From positions 51,028,001-51,092,000 of the forward strand of contig CM052816.1 of the NCBI GenBank assembly GCA_028534125.1: 64,000 nt of DNA. The letters run 5' to 3'. Of the stretch, positions 53,460-64,000 are shown piece by piece. This DNA comes from Lama glama (taxonomy: Eukaryota). Within the stretch, counting starts at the first letter, position 1; every line of letters begins with the position of its first letter. A model generated the notes under the pieces. The model ran no database searches, was not told the origin of the DNA, and was given only the letters and a program-made list of their open reading frames with translations. A program made the position numbers and the translations under genes.

Positions 53460-53690
53460 TAACAAAAGCTAACACTTAATAAAGATTTTTTATCTACTAG
53501 ACACTGCTTTAACTTGTTTAATACTCACAAGAGCCTTTGAATAAGTTACTACTGTATTCCAATTTATGGCTGAGGAAACCGAGACAGAAAAGTTAAGTAA
53601 TTTGCCCAGAGTCACACAGTATTAAGTGCAGTGAAGCTGTAATTCAAACCGGGGCAGTTTGCCTTTAGAGTCACTTTTCAGTACAACTCC
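53460..53690 (-). mobile_element. MIR SINE (intronic)
   Basis: tgaggaaaccgagacagaaaagttaagtaatttgcccagagtcacacag...attcaaacc.gggcagt. Confidence 0.8.
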
Positions 53691-54459
53691 TTAACTCTTG
53701 GTAATTGTGTCTTTTCTTCCTCCAGTCACTAACCTCTTTATTGGCTGTACCATGCAGACTTAGTACTGCTTTTGGAAGAGCTATATACCCCTTGCAATCT
53801 GCCCAGAGAACAGAAAGAAAAGCTCTCTCATATGTGCAAATGAAGTGGTTTAATTACTTGGAACTAGGGGAAGTTCAAATCGACAACTGGCCCCAATATC
53901 GAAATACTATCACAATGGAAGAAACAGGGGCTACAGAGTAAAGACTCTAAATGAGATCAATCATTTGTGGGAGGCAGCTCCCACGTTCAGCTGACTTTTA
54001 GAATATAATACTATATAGCATCACCTCGGTCACCTAGCTGCTTTTAGAAGGGTGCATCAGAAAATTGAATTATCCATGAGTGCTTTACCAAGAATTCATT
54101 TTTATGACTTAAGTGGGAACTCCAGCATTCTTCCACGCATAAGTGATTGCAGCCACCCATCATACCATAGACCTTAAGAGTCTTGCCCACCCAACTATCT
54201 GCGCTCTAGACTGAACCAAACAACTCCTGAAGGGGACTCCTGGTGTGGCTTCTGGGATAGTTGGCCTGCTCAGTCTAAAAAGAGGCAAAGTGGCCTTCTC
54301 GACGACAAACTCCTCAAAGACAAAAATGGCCTCATCTGATGCTGCAATTCCAGCCAAAGTGAATGTCCTCATGTTGACTGCCACTTAATTCTTAAGACTT
54401 GATTGAGAACAGTATCTGTGGAGAATACCTGAGAGATATGCTGTCTACCCATGTTCTGG

Positions 54460-54722
54460 ACTAGAGGTTGCAAGCACTCTGTTATCTTCCCCACAGGTAA
54501 GTTTTATTTGGCCCAGATTTCTAAATATCCTGAAAATTTCCTCCAAGAATCCAGATTCCTATCTTCAATTGGAAAGTCAAAAGATCCAGCAATACTGGGC
54601 CTGCATTCCTACAAAGCAAAAATATACTCCATGCGATGCCAACTACAACTTTGCCACAGTCCCCAGCTGGCCCACCTGAGGCATCTGAGTTTTATCAGAG
54701 GCATCTGAGTTTGCCATGCATG
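54460..54722. mobile_element. hAT-Charlie MITE (MER102-like)
   Basis: ctagaggttgcaa...ttttatttggccca...aatccagatt...ggaaagtcaaaagatccagcaatactgggcctgcattcc...ctgagtttgcca. Confidence 0.55.
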
Positions 54723-55170
54723 TGACATCACTCTATACTTTATTCCTAGATTAAGCCAAATCAGCGAAGCTGCATACGTGGAATGTAGCCTTTTGTATAT
54801 ATGCCTTAACCTCCATCACCACCACCACTTCTTCCCTGGGCGGGGCTTGCATTCTGCATCTGCCCACATGAAGGGTGTTTTACAAGGTCCACCTCTGACA
54901 CCCAGTGCTCTGTCCACCATGAGGCTGCTGTTGAGGATGCTGCACCAAGGATGTATGTGCTCCTCACAAGCACATTTCAGGTAGTCTTGTGAATCCCATG
55001 AATATGTAGCTGGTGATTTTTTCTTATGCTGGCTGTTCAAAAGCTTCAGAGCCAAATTACTGTGCTGCTTCTAGCCAGGGCAGACAGATGGTCTTGTGGT
55101 TTTGTGTACCAACTTCACCAGTAGCTCTAACCGATCTTTTCTTCCTCTGTTTTTCTTAACACCATGTCAA

Positions 55171-55946
55171 TTTTTTTTTGTTTTGTTTTACATTTTTCAT
55201 TGTAAAATACACATAACATAAAATCTACCATCTTAACCATATTTAGGTGTACAGTCCAGTGGCATTAAGTACATTCACATCATTGTGTAACCGTCAGCAC
55301 CATCATTCTCCAGAATTGTTTTCATCTTGCAAAACTGAAACTCTGTCTCCATTAAACACTAACTCTCTGTTCCCTACTTCCCCCAGCCCACAGCAACCAC
55401 CATTCTACTTTCTGTCTTCAAATGTGACTACTCTAGTACTTCATAAGCAGAATTATATAAATATTTGTTCTTTTGTGTGTGGTTTATTTCACATAGTAGA
55501 ATATCCTCAAGGTTCATTCATGTTGTTGGATGTATCCGAAGTTCCTCCCTTTTTAAGGCTAAATAAATAGTCCATTACATGTATATGTTAGATTTTGTTT
55601 TCCATTCATCCACTGATGGACATTTGGGTTATGTCCATCTTTTGGCTATTGTCAATAATGCTGCTATGAACACAGGTACACAAATATCCATTCAAGTACC
55701 TGTTTTCAATTCTTTCAGATATATACTCCCAAATGGAATTGCTGGATCACACAGTAATTCTATGTTTAACTTTCTGAGGAACCGCCATACTGTTTTCCAT
55801 AGTGGCTACACCATTTTACATTCCCATCAACAATGTACAAGGGTTCTAATTTTTCTACATCTTTGCCAACAGTTGTTATTTTTGGTTTGGGGTTTTTTTT
55901 GTTGTTTTTTTTTAGTAACCATCATCCTAATGGGTGTGAAATGGTT
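55171..55946 (-). mobile_element. L1MB-like 3' fragment (intronic)
   Basis: T-rich tail, then aaaatacacataacataaaat.taccatcttaaccat...gtggcattaagtacattcaca...ttggctattgt.aataatgctgctatgaaca...tttacattccca.caaca.tgtacaaggg. Confidence 0.9.
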
Positions 55947-56214
55947 TACTTATTTTGCAAAATTATTCTTCTTGAAGTATTTCTACATGTCATAGTAATA
56001 CATGTCATTCCTGGAACAAGGTGGAGGTATAAATCAGTCAATTCATCTGTTCTAATCAGGTAAGATTATCTGTGAATTATTCCTTCCTTTCATTATTACC
56101 TCCTCATTGTCCTTTCTGCCTACTTCTCTTTTTAAAGGGCAAGAGAGAGAAACAGATATAATACATACTTTATAAATATTATATGAATATATATACATTA
56201 CATATATTGTAAAG

Positions 56215-56440
56215 TGTCTTTGGAGCCAGACAGTCCATAATTCAAATTCTGCCTCTGCCTCTTTACCAGTTATATCACTGAGCAATTATGTAATCATTAG
56301 AGTTTCAGTCATCTCATTTGCAAAACAGGGATAATAGCAGTTATCCTGCAGCATTATGGTAAGTTTTGAAGACAAAGTATGTAAAATAACTACAACAGTG
56401 TTGACCCACAAAGAGGACTCGTAAGTATTAGTTACTGTTA
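56215..56440 (+). mobile_element. MIR SINE (intronic)
   Basis: ctttggagccagacag...ttcaaattctgcctctgcc...tttcagt..tctcatttgcaaaacagggataata. Confidence 0.75.
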
Positions 56441-57374
56441 ATCCATGCCTGACACAATCCTGGGTGTTGCCACATATATTAGGCCATGAATTCTTTACAT
56501 TTGTAAAGACAGGTCAGAAACTGAGAGGGTGAAGTAATTTGCCCAAGTGGCTGAGAACTAATTCAAAACTATGTCTTTCTAACTCCAAAATGCAAAATTT
56601 TTCCCTACCCCAAATTACCCCACCACACTTCTCCAAGCTGAGGGGAGGGGGAGTAAATATGTATTTGTATATGGAAAAGATCAGGAAGTGCCCATAAAAG
56701 GGACAGGCAAAACCCTGCCTATTTCAGTGAGTCAGAAGTACAAGTTAAGCTTTTTTCACAGTAAACAGAATAAAGGAAATTGACAAATGTCTCTTAGCCT
56801 AAGATTCTGGAGGTGCAAAGGAATCTCTTATGCCTTCATGCGTTTCCCCAAATAACTTCAAGAGGATCTTTGGGATATTTTTGACTCCCTGGCTGACAGT
56901 TCCAATCCTATGCTAAACACCAAAGCTGTCACTCATGCTACAGATGTACTTCTTATCTGTCCTGATAGGATCACTGCTCCCTTCCCTGAAGGAAATAAAA
57001 TAATTGTCCAACAATTCCTCTCCCTAGAAGGGCCTCTCACTCCAGAAAGTGTTAGTAACTGGGCTTCATGCCACAGCTTCACTCCAGCTTAGGTTGCTAG
57101 CATTCCTCACTGATAATTATTCGTGACTGGATAAACCTGAATGTAAAAGCAAGTCCTTGGGAAGGGGGTCGGGGGTGGGGAGGTCACTATGCAGGAAGAG
57201 GAAATACTCGATCCTATTCTATTCCACACCTTAGAAGACAAAGGGAGAAAACACCACTATTAGTTTAAAGATCTCCACTCCTCTCTTCTCCTTAAACATC
57301 TGTTTTCAAACAAACACTGAGTTTCTTTGGCTCAAAACACACAGGTACATTAAGCATATGTTTTAGTTTATTAC

Positions 57375-57603
57375 CTGGAAATCAACAAAAGTGACCTCCC
57401 ACAGGCTTGACATATCATTGGTGTCACTGGGCAACAAAAGGGCATAGTACCGCTGCAGGCTGCTGACACGTTGGCAGTGGTAGGAGTAACTTGACGGAGC
57501 ATATATGCCAGTTGCATTAAAACATGCTTGAACTGAATTATTGAAAATAATCTCAACTTGGTGCAAACTAAACCAGCTCTGGATGTAATTGGTAAGGGTG
57601 AAT
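57375..57603 (-). CDS. ATP6AP1L: ATP6AP1L penultimate coding exon (229 nt), LAMP-like luminal domain: FTLTNYIQSWFSLHQVEIIFNNSVQACFNATGIYAPSSYSYHCQRVSSLQRYYALLLPSDTNDMSSLWEVTFVDFQ
   Basis: Acceptor aatcattttcag|A, donor TTC CAG|gtaata; 1+228 nt with no stops; lies inside ORF 57363..57668. It matches the recalled Ac45/ATP6AP1 motifs WF...FNA...PSxYSxHCxxVSSL...W...DFQ. Confidence 0.95.
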
Positions 57604-57954
57604 CTGAAAATGATTTTAAAACAGTTATTACCCCCCAAAGCACTTTTATATTTGCTGACACAGGACACTGATTACAAACAGTACAATCGCGCCCTCTTTT
57701 GTCAGGTAGTAGAATTGGCTCAGAGAAAGGCTTTTACTTTCCTAGTTCTGAACAACAGCCTCCTGATTGGTGAGAATAAAAGTAAATTACAGGGCAGCCC
57801 CCAAAAGTGAACAATAGAAATTCCTACAAAAGGAAAAACACATAAAGTTTGGAGTTATTTTCTTTTTTAGAATGAAAATAATTTTATTATTGCAAAAAAC
57901 TGACAAAAACTAAATGGAGAATAACATAGAATAAGCTAAATAAATAATGGTCAA

Positions 57955-58170
57955 AAATAACAGTAATAGCTCTGACTATGAGTCAAGCACCTTTCTATAT
58001 GTTCTTTATGTGTATATTATTTAATCTTCACTACAAATACAACACCATGAGATAGATAATACTATTATCCACAGGGGAGTTAAATAACTAACTTCTGCAA
58101 ATTTACTCAGGGAGTAACATTGAAGCTGGGCTTAGAACCCAATCTGAGACCAGAGCCCATATTCTTAGCC
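57955..58170 (-). mobile_element. MIR SINE (intronic)
   Basis: gactatgagtcaagcac...atttaatcttcac...ccatgagataga...gaagctgggcttagaaccc. Confidence 0.65.
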
Positions 58171-58307
58171 ATTTTGAAATGAAATATTCTCTAGCAATAA
58201 GAAAGTTATAATATGCATGTCATGATCACTTTTTTCATTTAAAAAATGTGTGACTTCACAGAAAAAGATTCTGGAAAGATAGAGATCAAAATGTTAATAG
58301 CAATCAC

Positions 58308-58378
58308 TCACTTTGCTGTATACCTGAAACTAACACAATAATTGTAAATTAAATATACTTCAATTAAAAAAAAAAAAA
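58308..58378 (+). mobile_element. Very short L1 3' terminus with poly(A)
   Basis: cactttgctgtatacctgaaactaacacaat.attgtaaatt.a.tatacttcaatt followed by an A run; same family terminus as the minus-strand copy at 6520-6600. Confidence 0.75.
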
Positions 58379-58479
58379 GCAACTGAGATCAGTATAGCTC
58401 AGGGTGAAAGCTTGGGTTTTGATCCTGGCTCTGCCTACCTCCAGGCTATGATCCTGCTCCTCTGGGAACAGCATCTTGG

Positions 58480-58875
58480 TGAGTACAGGGCTGACCCTCT
58501 CCCTCCTCAGTGAAGTCTCACAGGTCCTGCCAATCAGTGTATTGCAGCCCTTTAATCACTGTGATTGCTTAGAAAGAGGCATATGCCTCAGGCTGGGTCA
58601 GTAAAATGCAATCCTCGTGCTTCTGCTACAGCTATCAGGCAACAGAGAGCTCTCTTAAGTGGAACTGTCAGCTCACAGTTGCTGGCCACCGTCTTGCCTG
58701 CCTAGGAATGAAGTTAACATGAGAACAGCAGAGCCAAGAGATGAAGAAAGATGCTGCCCTGATGAGGCTGGTTAAACACTTTGATTCAGTTGAGCCTGAA
58801 GGTACTGTTTTCAATCCCATTAATCAATCAGTTCCCTTTCGGCTTTGTGCAGCCAAAAGAGTTCTCATGAATACT
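58480..58875 (+). mobile_element. Old MaLR/ERVL solo LTR, apparently splitting a MIR (58390-58440 / 58910-59010)
   Basis: LTR-like body ending gcagccaaaagagttctcatgaatac, with a MIR head before and a MIR core (gccttggtttcctcatctgtaaaatggg) after. Confidence 0.5.
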
Positions 58876-59959
58876 GCTTTTATTAATCCTATGATAAGCG
58901 TTGTTAAACAACCTCTCTAGGCCTTGGTTTCCTCATCTGTAAAATGGGTTATGCTTGTTTAAGTTAAAAGGGCCATGCATGGCGAGTGCCCTGTGTTGTG
59001 CCTGGTGTTATAAAACATCCGATGTTATCTTGGACACCCCCAGCTCACCCTGGGCACCTAAGTCAGATACTGAAGGTGTTTTCAGGGATGTAGTTGAGCC
59101 CGGCCAATCCTGACCACTGCAACAATCCACCAAGAATGCTGAAGGCCAGGATGAAGGGAGTGGATATCTCAGGTCTGAGCTCTGGAGTCAGAGGTTCCAG
59201 GGTGAGCAGTGGGAGAGATGAGTCAGTCCCAGAAAGGGAAGGCTGGCTCTTGATTCCCCAGAAATGACTGTCCTTGGGCTCAGGGCTGGGAGAGAGCCTG
59301 CCACATCGTCTGCAGCCCTGTTTCAGATTAACAGCCTGAGAATGAGGCAGTTACGACAGGCTCAGTGAGACGGGTGCACTGAGGCACCAATGGACCTGCT
59401 TGAAAAATCATTCCTGGTGAAAAAACCAGGTTGTTTTGCCAAACAGCTGTCCAGCACATGGGGTCTTTGGCTCTGTGTCTCTGGCCCACTTCGGGACAGC
59501 AGAGGCATGCATATGGGCCTGGAGGACATGACATCCTCTGCCCGGGCCTCTTGAACATGCGGCTGGCTCCTAGAGCAGATTCTGAGACAAGGATTTGTGA
59601 ACAAGTGATTTTTTTAAGAAAAATCCCAGAAGGACAGGGCAGGGAAGATGGGAAATGGGTGGAGGGAGGGGAGAACAAGTAAAGGCATTCACTCAGCAGA
59701 GTCCCTGGAGGGAGATTTTGGCTCTGTCCTGCTGGGAGATCTGGAAACACCTCGTACCACTGGTCAGGGCTGCACTGGGGGATGTCTGGCCCTCTGTGGA
59801 CATGCAGGCAAAGGGTGCTCCAGCAGCCAGCTCCCCTAGCAATCACACAGGTGCCTGACATTGAACAGGGAGAGGGATGGAGGGGTGTGGATGGAGGGTG
59901 TGTGCCTACTTCAGTTTCTGCCCTTCCAAGTTGCTCTTTCAAAAGTATACACTGGAAAA

Positions 59960-60245
59960 TTCAGAAATAAAAGGTCGTATGTTATATGATCCCATGTATA
60001 TGAAACGTCCAGAACAAGCAAATCCATAGAGATAGAAAGCAGATGGTTGGCTGCCAGGGGCTGGGAAGGGGGATGCGGAGTGATTGCTAATGAGTATGTA
60101 GTTCCCTTTTGGGGAGATAAAATGTTCTGGAACTACATAAAGGTGATGACTGTACAACACTGTGAATGTAGTAAATGCTATGGAACTGAACACTTTAAAA
60201 TGGTAACTTTTATGTTATGTAACTTTTACCACAATAAAAAAAGTA
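59960..60245 (+). mobile_element. L1MB/MC-like 3' UTR end
   Basis: tatgatccca.gtatatgaaacgtccagaa.a.gcaaatccatagaga.agaaagcagat.g...ttgctaatgagtat...cactttaaaatggtaa.ttttatgttatgt...cacaataaaaaaa. Confidence 0.85.
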
Positions 60246-60367
60246 AAAATAGGAAAAACAAACGTTAATAGTGATCACCAATAGTGGTTGGATTATGAAT
60301 GATTTTCATTTTCTTTTTATAGCTCATTATTTTCTGATTTTTCTATTTTCAATGGACATGTATAACC

Positions 60368-60830
60368 TTGTCTTAGTTTGGGCTCCTAGAGAAACAGACA
60401 AGGATGTGAATGCAATTATAATACAATTATTCTGTGGAGGCGATCCCAAATTTATTTGGGGATTTAGTCATTCAAAATACATAGACTGGAGCGAAGAGAA
60501 ACGACAGAGGATTAGAAGGCAGCCCAAAATGACACAGCTAAACAAGTTTCCACTGTGAGCAACTGGCGTTTAATGCCCATGAGGAATCCTGGGAGATAAG
60601 CAGGACACACACCTCTGAGTTATCTCACCTGAGGGTGAGGGAGCTGGGATATTTATAGACTTCTTTCAGTCATTGGTTGAGAGCTGCTGAGGTAAGGATG
60701 GGAGGCAGTGGGCCTTTTAGGCCTGAGAAAGCTTTTAGGTAAAGAAAGGCTGGCAGTTGGGCTGGTGAACTGTACTGTTCTCAAATGAAAATGCCCAAGG
60801 GAATACAGTGTCTGGTGCATAGTTTTATCA
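60368..60830 (-). mobile_element. ERVL-class solo LTR (same family as 48598-49050)
   Basis: tgtcttagtttgggctcctagagaaacagacaaggatgtgaatgcaa...gagttatctcacctgaggg.gagggagctgggatatttata...cagtcattggttgagagctgct. Confidence 0.6.
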
Positions 60831-61954
60831 TCAGAAAAAATAATCATAAAGTTACTTTCCTTTTGGTAAAAAAACAAAAAAGTACTATTTGAATCAAAAA
60901 TATTCCCCATTCCTATATCAAACAGGTATGTGTATGTGTTTTGTTACCTTGTGGAATTTAATTTTCCTTATAAAGTTCCTCTGAAAGATGATGGCATGTA
61001 AATTCTAAATTATGACCAGTGAAACACTAGTGTCCCATGATACATGGGCAAATGTTCTGTGGCAAGAGCTTTCCAAGGTTAAATGTAGGAAATGCTAAGT
61101 TAATCAAAGTCACCAAGTACAGCAATCTTCCTCTTAAGGGCATGTCTTCACAGAAGCTTCAATATACAAATTTATACTATGAATCTCCAAGAGGAGGTAT
61201 GCAGTCTTTCTTAAACACATTTGACTACGGGATCCCTTTTCTGGGGAATATTATAAACATTTACATGAGCAGAAATGTTCCACATAACACAGCTTAGGGA
61301 AGACTGCTCTAGCACATCCTGCTGCTTTTTCAAGTAATGCTAAAGACACAGCTGCTTATCTCCACTAACTGGTTGGTCCTACAGGAAGGGAAACATTTTT
61401 ATAAGAAAAAAAATTTTAATGCCTTCAAATTGCCCCCTACCTCCAGAGCAGTTCCTAACTGCTTGGATAAACCAACAAAGGCAGATGCATTATTCCATAC
61501 ATAAACACAGAAAAGTGTAGGCCTATGCTGATTGTCTGCTGGGGAACTCTGCTAATAGAGAATTTTTCATTATTGTTAAATAATACGAGTGACTCAGTTT
61601 TAAGGAGCTATGTATAGAAAATAACTTCAAACTAGAGCCCAACTTTAGAGCTTTAAATATATGTTATTCTTTGCTCAGAGGAAAAGGGTATCACATTCCT
61701 AGGTTCATGTGTTTTCTAGGTCCCTAATGGAAGAAGGATAAAGTATAGATTTTTGAAAACTAAAGAAATATTACTATAGGATCCCATCATAACACCACTG
61801 ACTCTTCAGTGTAATTACGTAAGTGTGGCATTTCACATGCCACAGTGCTTGTCACATAGCAGGCCCTTGATACCTACCTGTTGAATTAATAAATTATATG
61901 GAGTTAATCTGAAGTGCTAAACCTATGATATTCCAAAGTGATATCCATACTTAC

Positions 61955-62005
61955 CTTATATCAAGACCTTTGGGATTTCCAGCATCACCAAACTTGAGAG
62001 ACAAC
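61955..62005 (-). CDS. ATP6AP1L: ATP6AP1L internal coding exon (51 nt, phase 2-2): (x)LSLKFGDAGNPKGLDI(R)
   Basis: The minus strand reads tttccgttttcttag|G TTG TCT CTC AAG TTT GGT GAT GCT GGA AAT CCC AAA GGT CTT GAT ATA AG|gtaagt, with a strong acceptor and a consensus donor. AG plus the first A of the next exon gives AGA (Arg) in frame. It aligns with the RLSL... strand of the Ac45 luminal domain. It is absent from the ORF track. Confidence 0.9.
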
Positions 62006-62039
62006 CTAAGAAAACGGAAACACAGTCCATCAAAGTAGA

Positions 62040-62560
62040 AATAACCCTTACTCCACACTATATTCAAAAATTATCTCCAAATGGATCACAGGCCTAAATG
62101 TAACAACTAAAACTATAAGATACATATAAGAAACATAAAAGAACATTTCTGAAATCTTGGGGTATGCAACAGTTTCTTGAAAAAATATAAAACCATGAAC
62201 TATAAAAGAAAAAAACTGATAAATTGGACTTTATTAAATTCAAAAACGTTTGCTCTTCAAAAGATACTGTTAAGAAAAAAAAGCAAACCACAGAATGTGA
62301 GAAAATATTCACAACACACATACACAAAGAACTTGTATCTGAAATACAGCAAATAACACTAACAGCTCAATTATAAGGAGACAATCCAGCTTCAAAATGC
62401 TCAAAAGACAATGCACTTCACAAAGGAAGATATACAAATATCTAATAAGTACATGAAGAGATGTCAACATCATTAGTCATTGGGAAAATATAAAATAAAA
62501 CCACAATACAATACCATGGTAATCAGAATGTTTTAACAACTTTTTAAAAAACTACTCTTA
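62040..62560 (+). mobile_element. L1 (old L1M) ORF2 fragment
   Basis: aaatggatcacagg.ctaaatgta...aaactata...gataaattggactt.attaaatt.aaaacgtttgctcttcaaaagatactgttaagaaa...caacatcattagtcat. Confidence 0.8.
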
Positions 62561-63189
62561 AGCCTTTAACATCTACATTTATTCACATTTTTCTAAATGT
62601 TAACACAAGATTTCCTAGAGCAGAGACAGATCATTACTAACCCAGAACAATAACCATATTGGTTCTCTTTTTAGCCTGCTTCTTCCTCCTGGGCAATATG
62701 ATGAGAGCCAGATGTCATCCTGTACATACAGGGATTTATAGCATAGGTGAAGAACACTAAAATTGTGAATGTAGGAGTTTATACAGAAGAGAGGCAGGGG
62801 TCCTCCTTAACCTCCTAAGAGAGGGAGATAAACATTTGCTTTCTTAGTGTCAAACATTTTCTTTGGGAAATAAAAGTATATGACTTTTATTAACCTTTGG
62901 ATGGGAGCAAACAGCTCACCATGAAGGAGACAAATGGCTGCATGTCTAACACCCATGTATGTAAATAAATGTCTCCAAAGGGGAGATAAAAAGCCTCTCT
63001 GGGTTCTAAGCCCTGGAATATCTCGATGGTCCTGAGCTTCATTATTCCCTGGCACATAACCACATTCCTCTGAGGAGGTATATCTCTTACTAACTCCAAG
63101 ACTTATCTTTTAACCGAGATCCTGAAGAAATTTGTTCAGAAATTACTAGCCATACAAAAACATAAAAATACTTTCTCTATAATCCCATA

Positions 63190-63890
63190 CTGACCATACC
63201 AATTGTTGGAAAGGATGTGAAGCAGCTGGAACTCTCATACAATGCTGGTGGATAAATGCTACAATGATTAAAAAAACCAGCTTGGCAGTTTCTTAAAAAG
63301 CTAAACCTACACATATCATATGATCCAGCCATTCCACTTCTAGGTATTTAAGAGAAAAGAAAATATATGTTCCTACAAAGACTTGTACATGAATGGTTAT
63401 AGCAACTTTATTTAGAAAGTTACTAAAAACTGAGGGAAAAACAAATGTCCACCAAGAGGTGGATGGATAAATAAGTTATGGTATATCTATACAAAGGAGT
63501 ACTTACTACCGAACAATAAAAAGGAAAATATCTTTGATACATGCAATAATGTAGAAAAATATCAAAATCATTACGTTAAGTGAAAGAAGCCAGACTAAAA
63601 AGAGTGTACACTATACGATTAGTTACATAAAATTCTAGAAAATTCTAGAAAACAAACTAATCTATAATGATAGAAGTGAACAGTGGTTACCTGGAGAAGT
63701 GGGAATGGCAGAGAGACAGATTACAAAGGAGCACAAGGAAACTTCTGAGTATGATGAAAATATTTGCTGTCTTGATTGTGGTGATGGTTTCAAACATATG
63801 TCAAAACTGACCAAAACTGTACACTTTAAATATGTGCAGTTTAGCATATTCCATTTAAATTTCAATAGGTTGAAAATAAGAATTATAAAA
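63190..63890 (+). mobile_element. L1MC/MD-like 3' fragment
   Basis: aaggatgtgaagcagctggaactctcatac.atgctggtgg...tatgatccagccattccacttctaggtattta...aagtgaaagaagccagac...tcttgattgtggtgatggttt...cactttaaatatgtgcagttta. Confidence 0.85.
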
Positions 63891-64000
63891 AGCTAAATAA
63901 ACAACTAAAATGGGAATATGTGAGAAATTTAAATATACAAAGGATGGCACTGATGTGACATTATAATGTCTAGAAATTATAACACCTCAATATACATTAT

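Noticed and set aside
54160..54384. 74-aa minus-strand ORF in the last ATP6AP1L intron as an alternative exon
   Set aside because: No convincing polypyrimidine acceptor and no family similarity; the flanking exons already join in frame (DFQ|IQGF).
59328..59942. Longest ORF in the track (204 aa, minus strand)
   Set aside because: Non-ATG start, overlaps an LTR fossil inside an ATP6AP1L intron, and has no similarity to Ac45 or any family I recognise.
62807..63099. Minus-strand ORFs as the next upstream ATP6AP1L exon
   Set aside because: No resemblance to the expected Ac45-type segment, and the region sits between L1 fragments. The upstream exon is probably outside the window.
1..64000. CpG island or promoter
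   Set aside because: CpG is depleted throughout; the ATP6AP1L promoter must lie beyond the right edge.

Overview
Mammalian nuclear DNA, most likely from a camelid. The evidence for the host is a tRNA-Ala-like vic-1-type SINE with target-site duplications at ~6.87 kb and cetartiodactyl-type L1 3' ends; I saw no Alu, BovB, PRE1 or CAN-SINE. The only protein-coding gene I can support is the 3' part of ATP6AP1L (V-ATPase accessory subunit Ac45/ATP6AP1-like) on the minus strand. It has three exons (62005-61955, 57603-57375, 52989-52687) with canonical GT-AG sites and matching phases, encoding 193 uninterrupted codons: a LAMP-like luminal domain, a TM helix and a ~51-aa tail. Its 5' exons lie beyond the right edge. 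The remaining ~52 kb is gene-poor and filled with old transposon fossils: MIR, L2, CR1/L3, L1M, a two-LTR MLT1A MaLR provirus, an ERV-L pol/dUTPase segment interrupted by MER20, a MER44/Tigger7 element, MADE2 and solo LTRs. There are also microsatellites and a few perfect short tandem duplications. Almost all ORF-track entries are spurious or repeat-derived. I found no convincing previously undescribed system; the best leads concern the ATP6AP1L protein and a few structured non-coding patches. Repeat subfamily names and comparisons with other proteins come from recalled sequences and need confirming with RepeatMasker/Dfam and BLAST.
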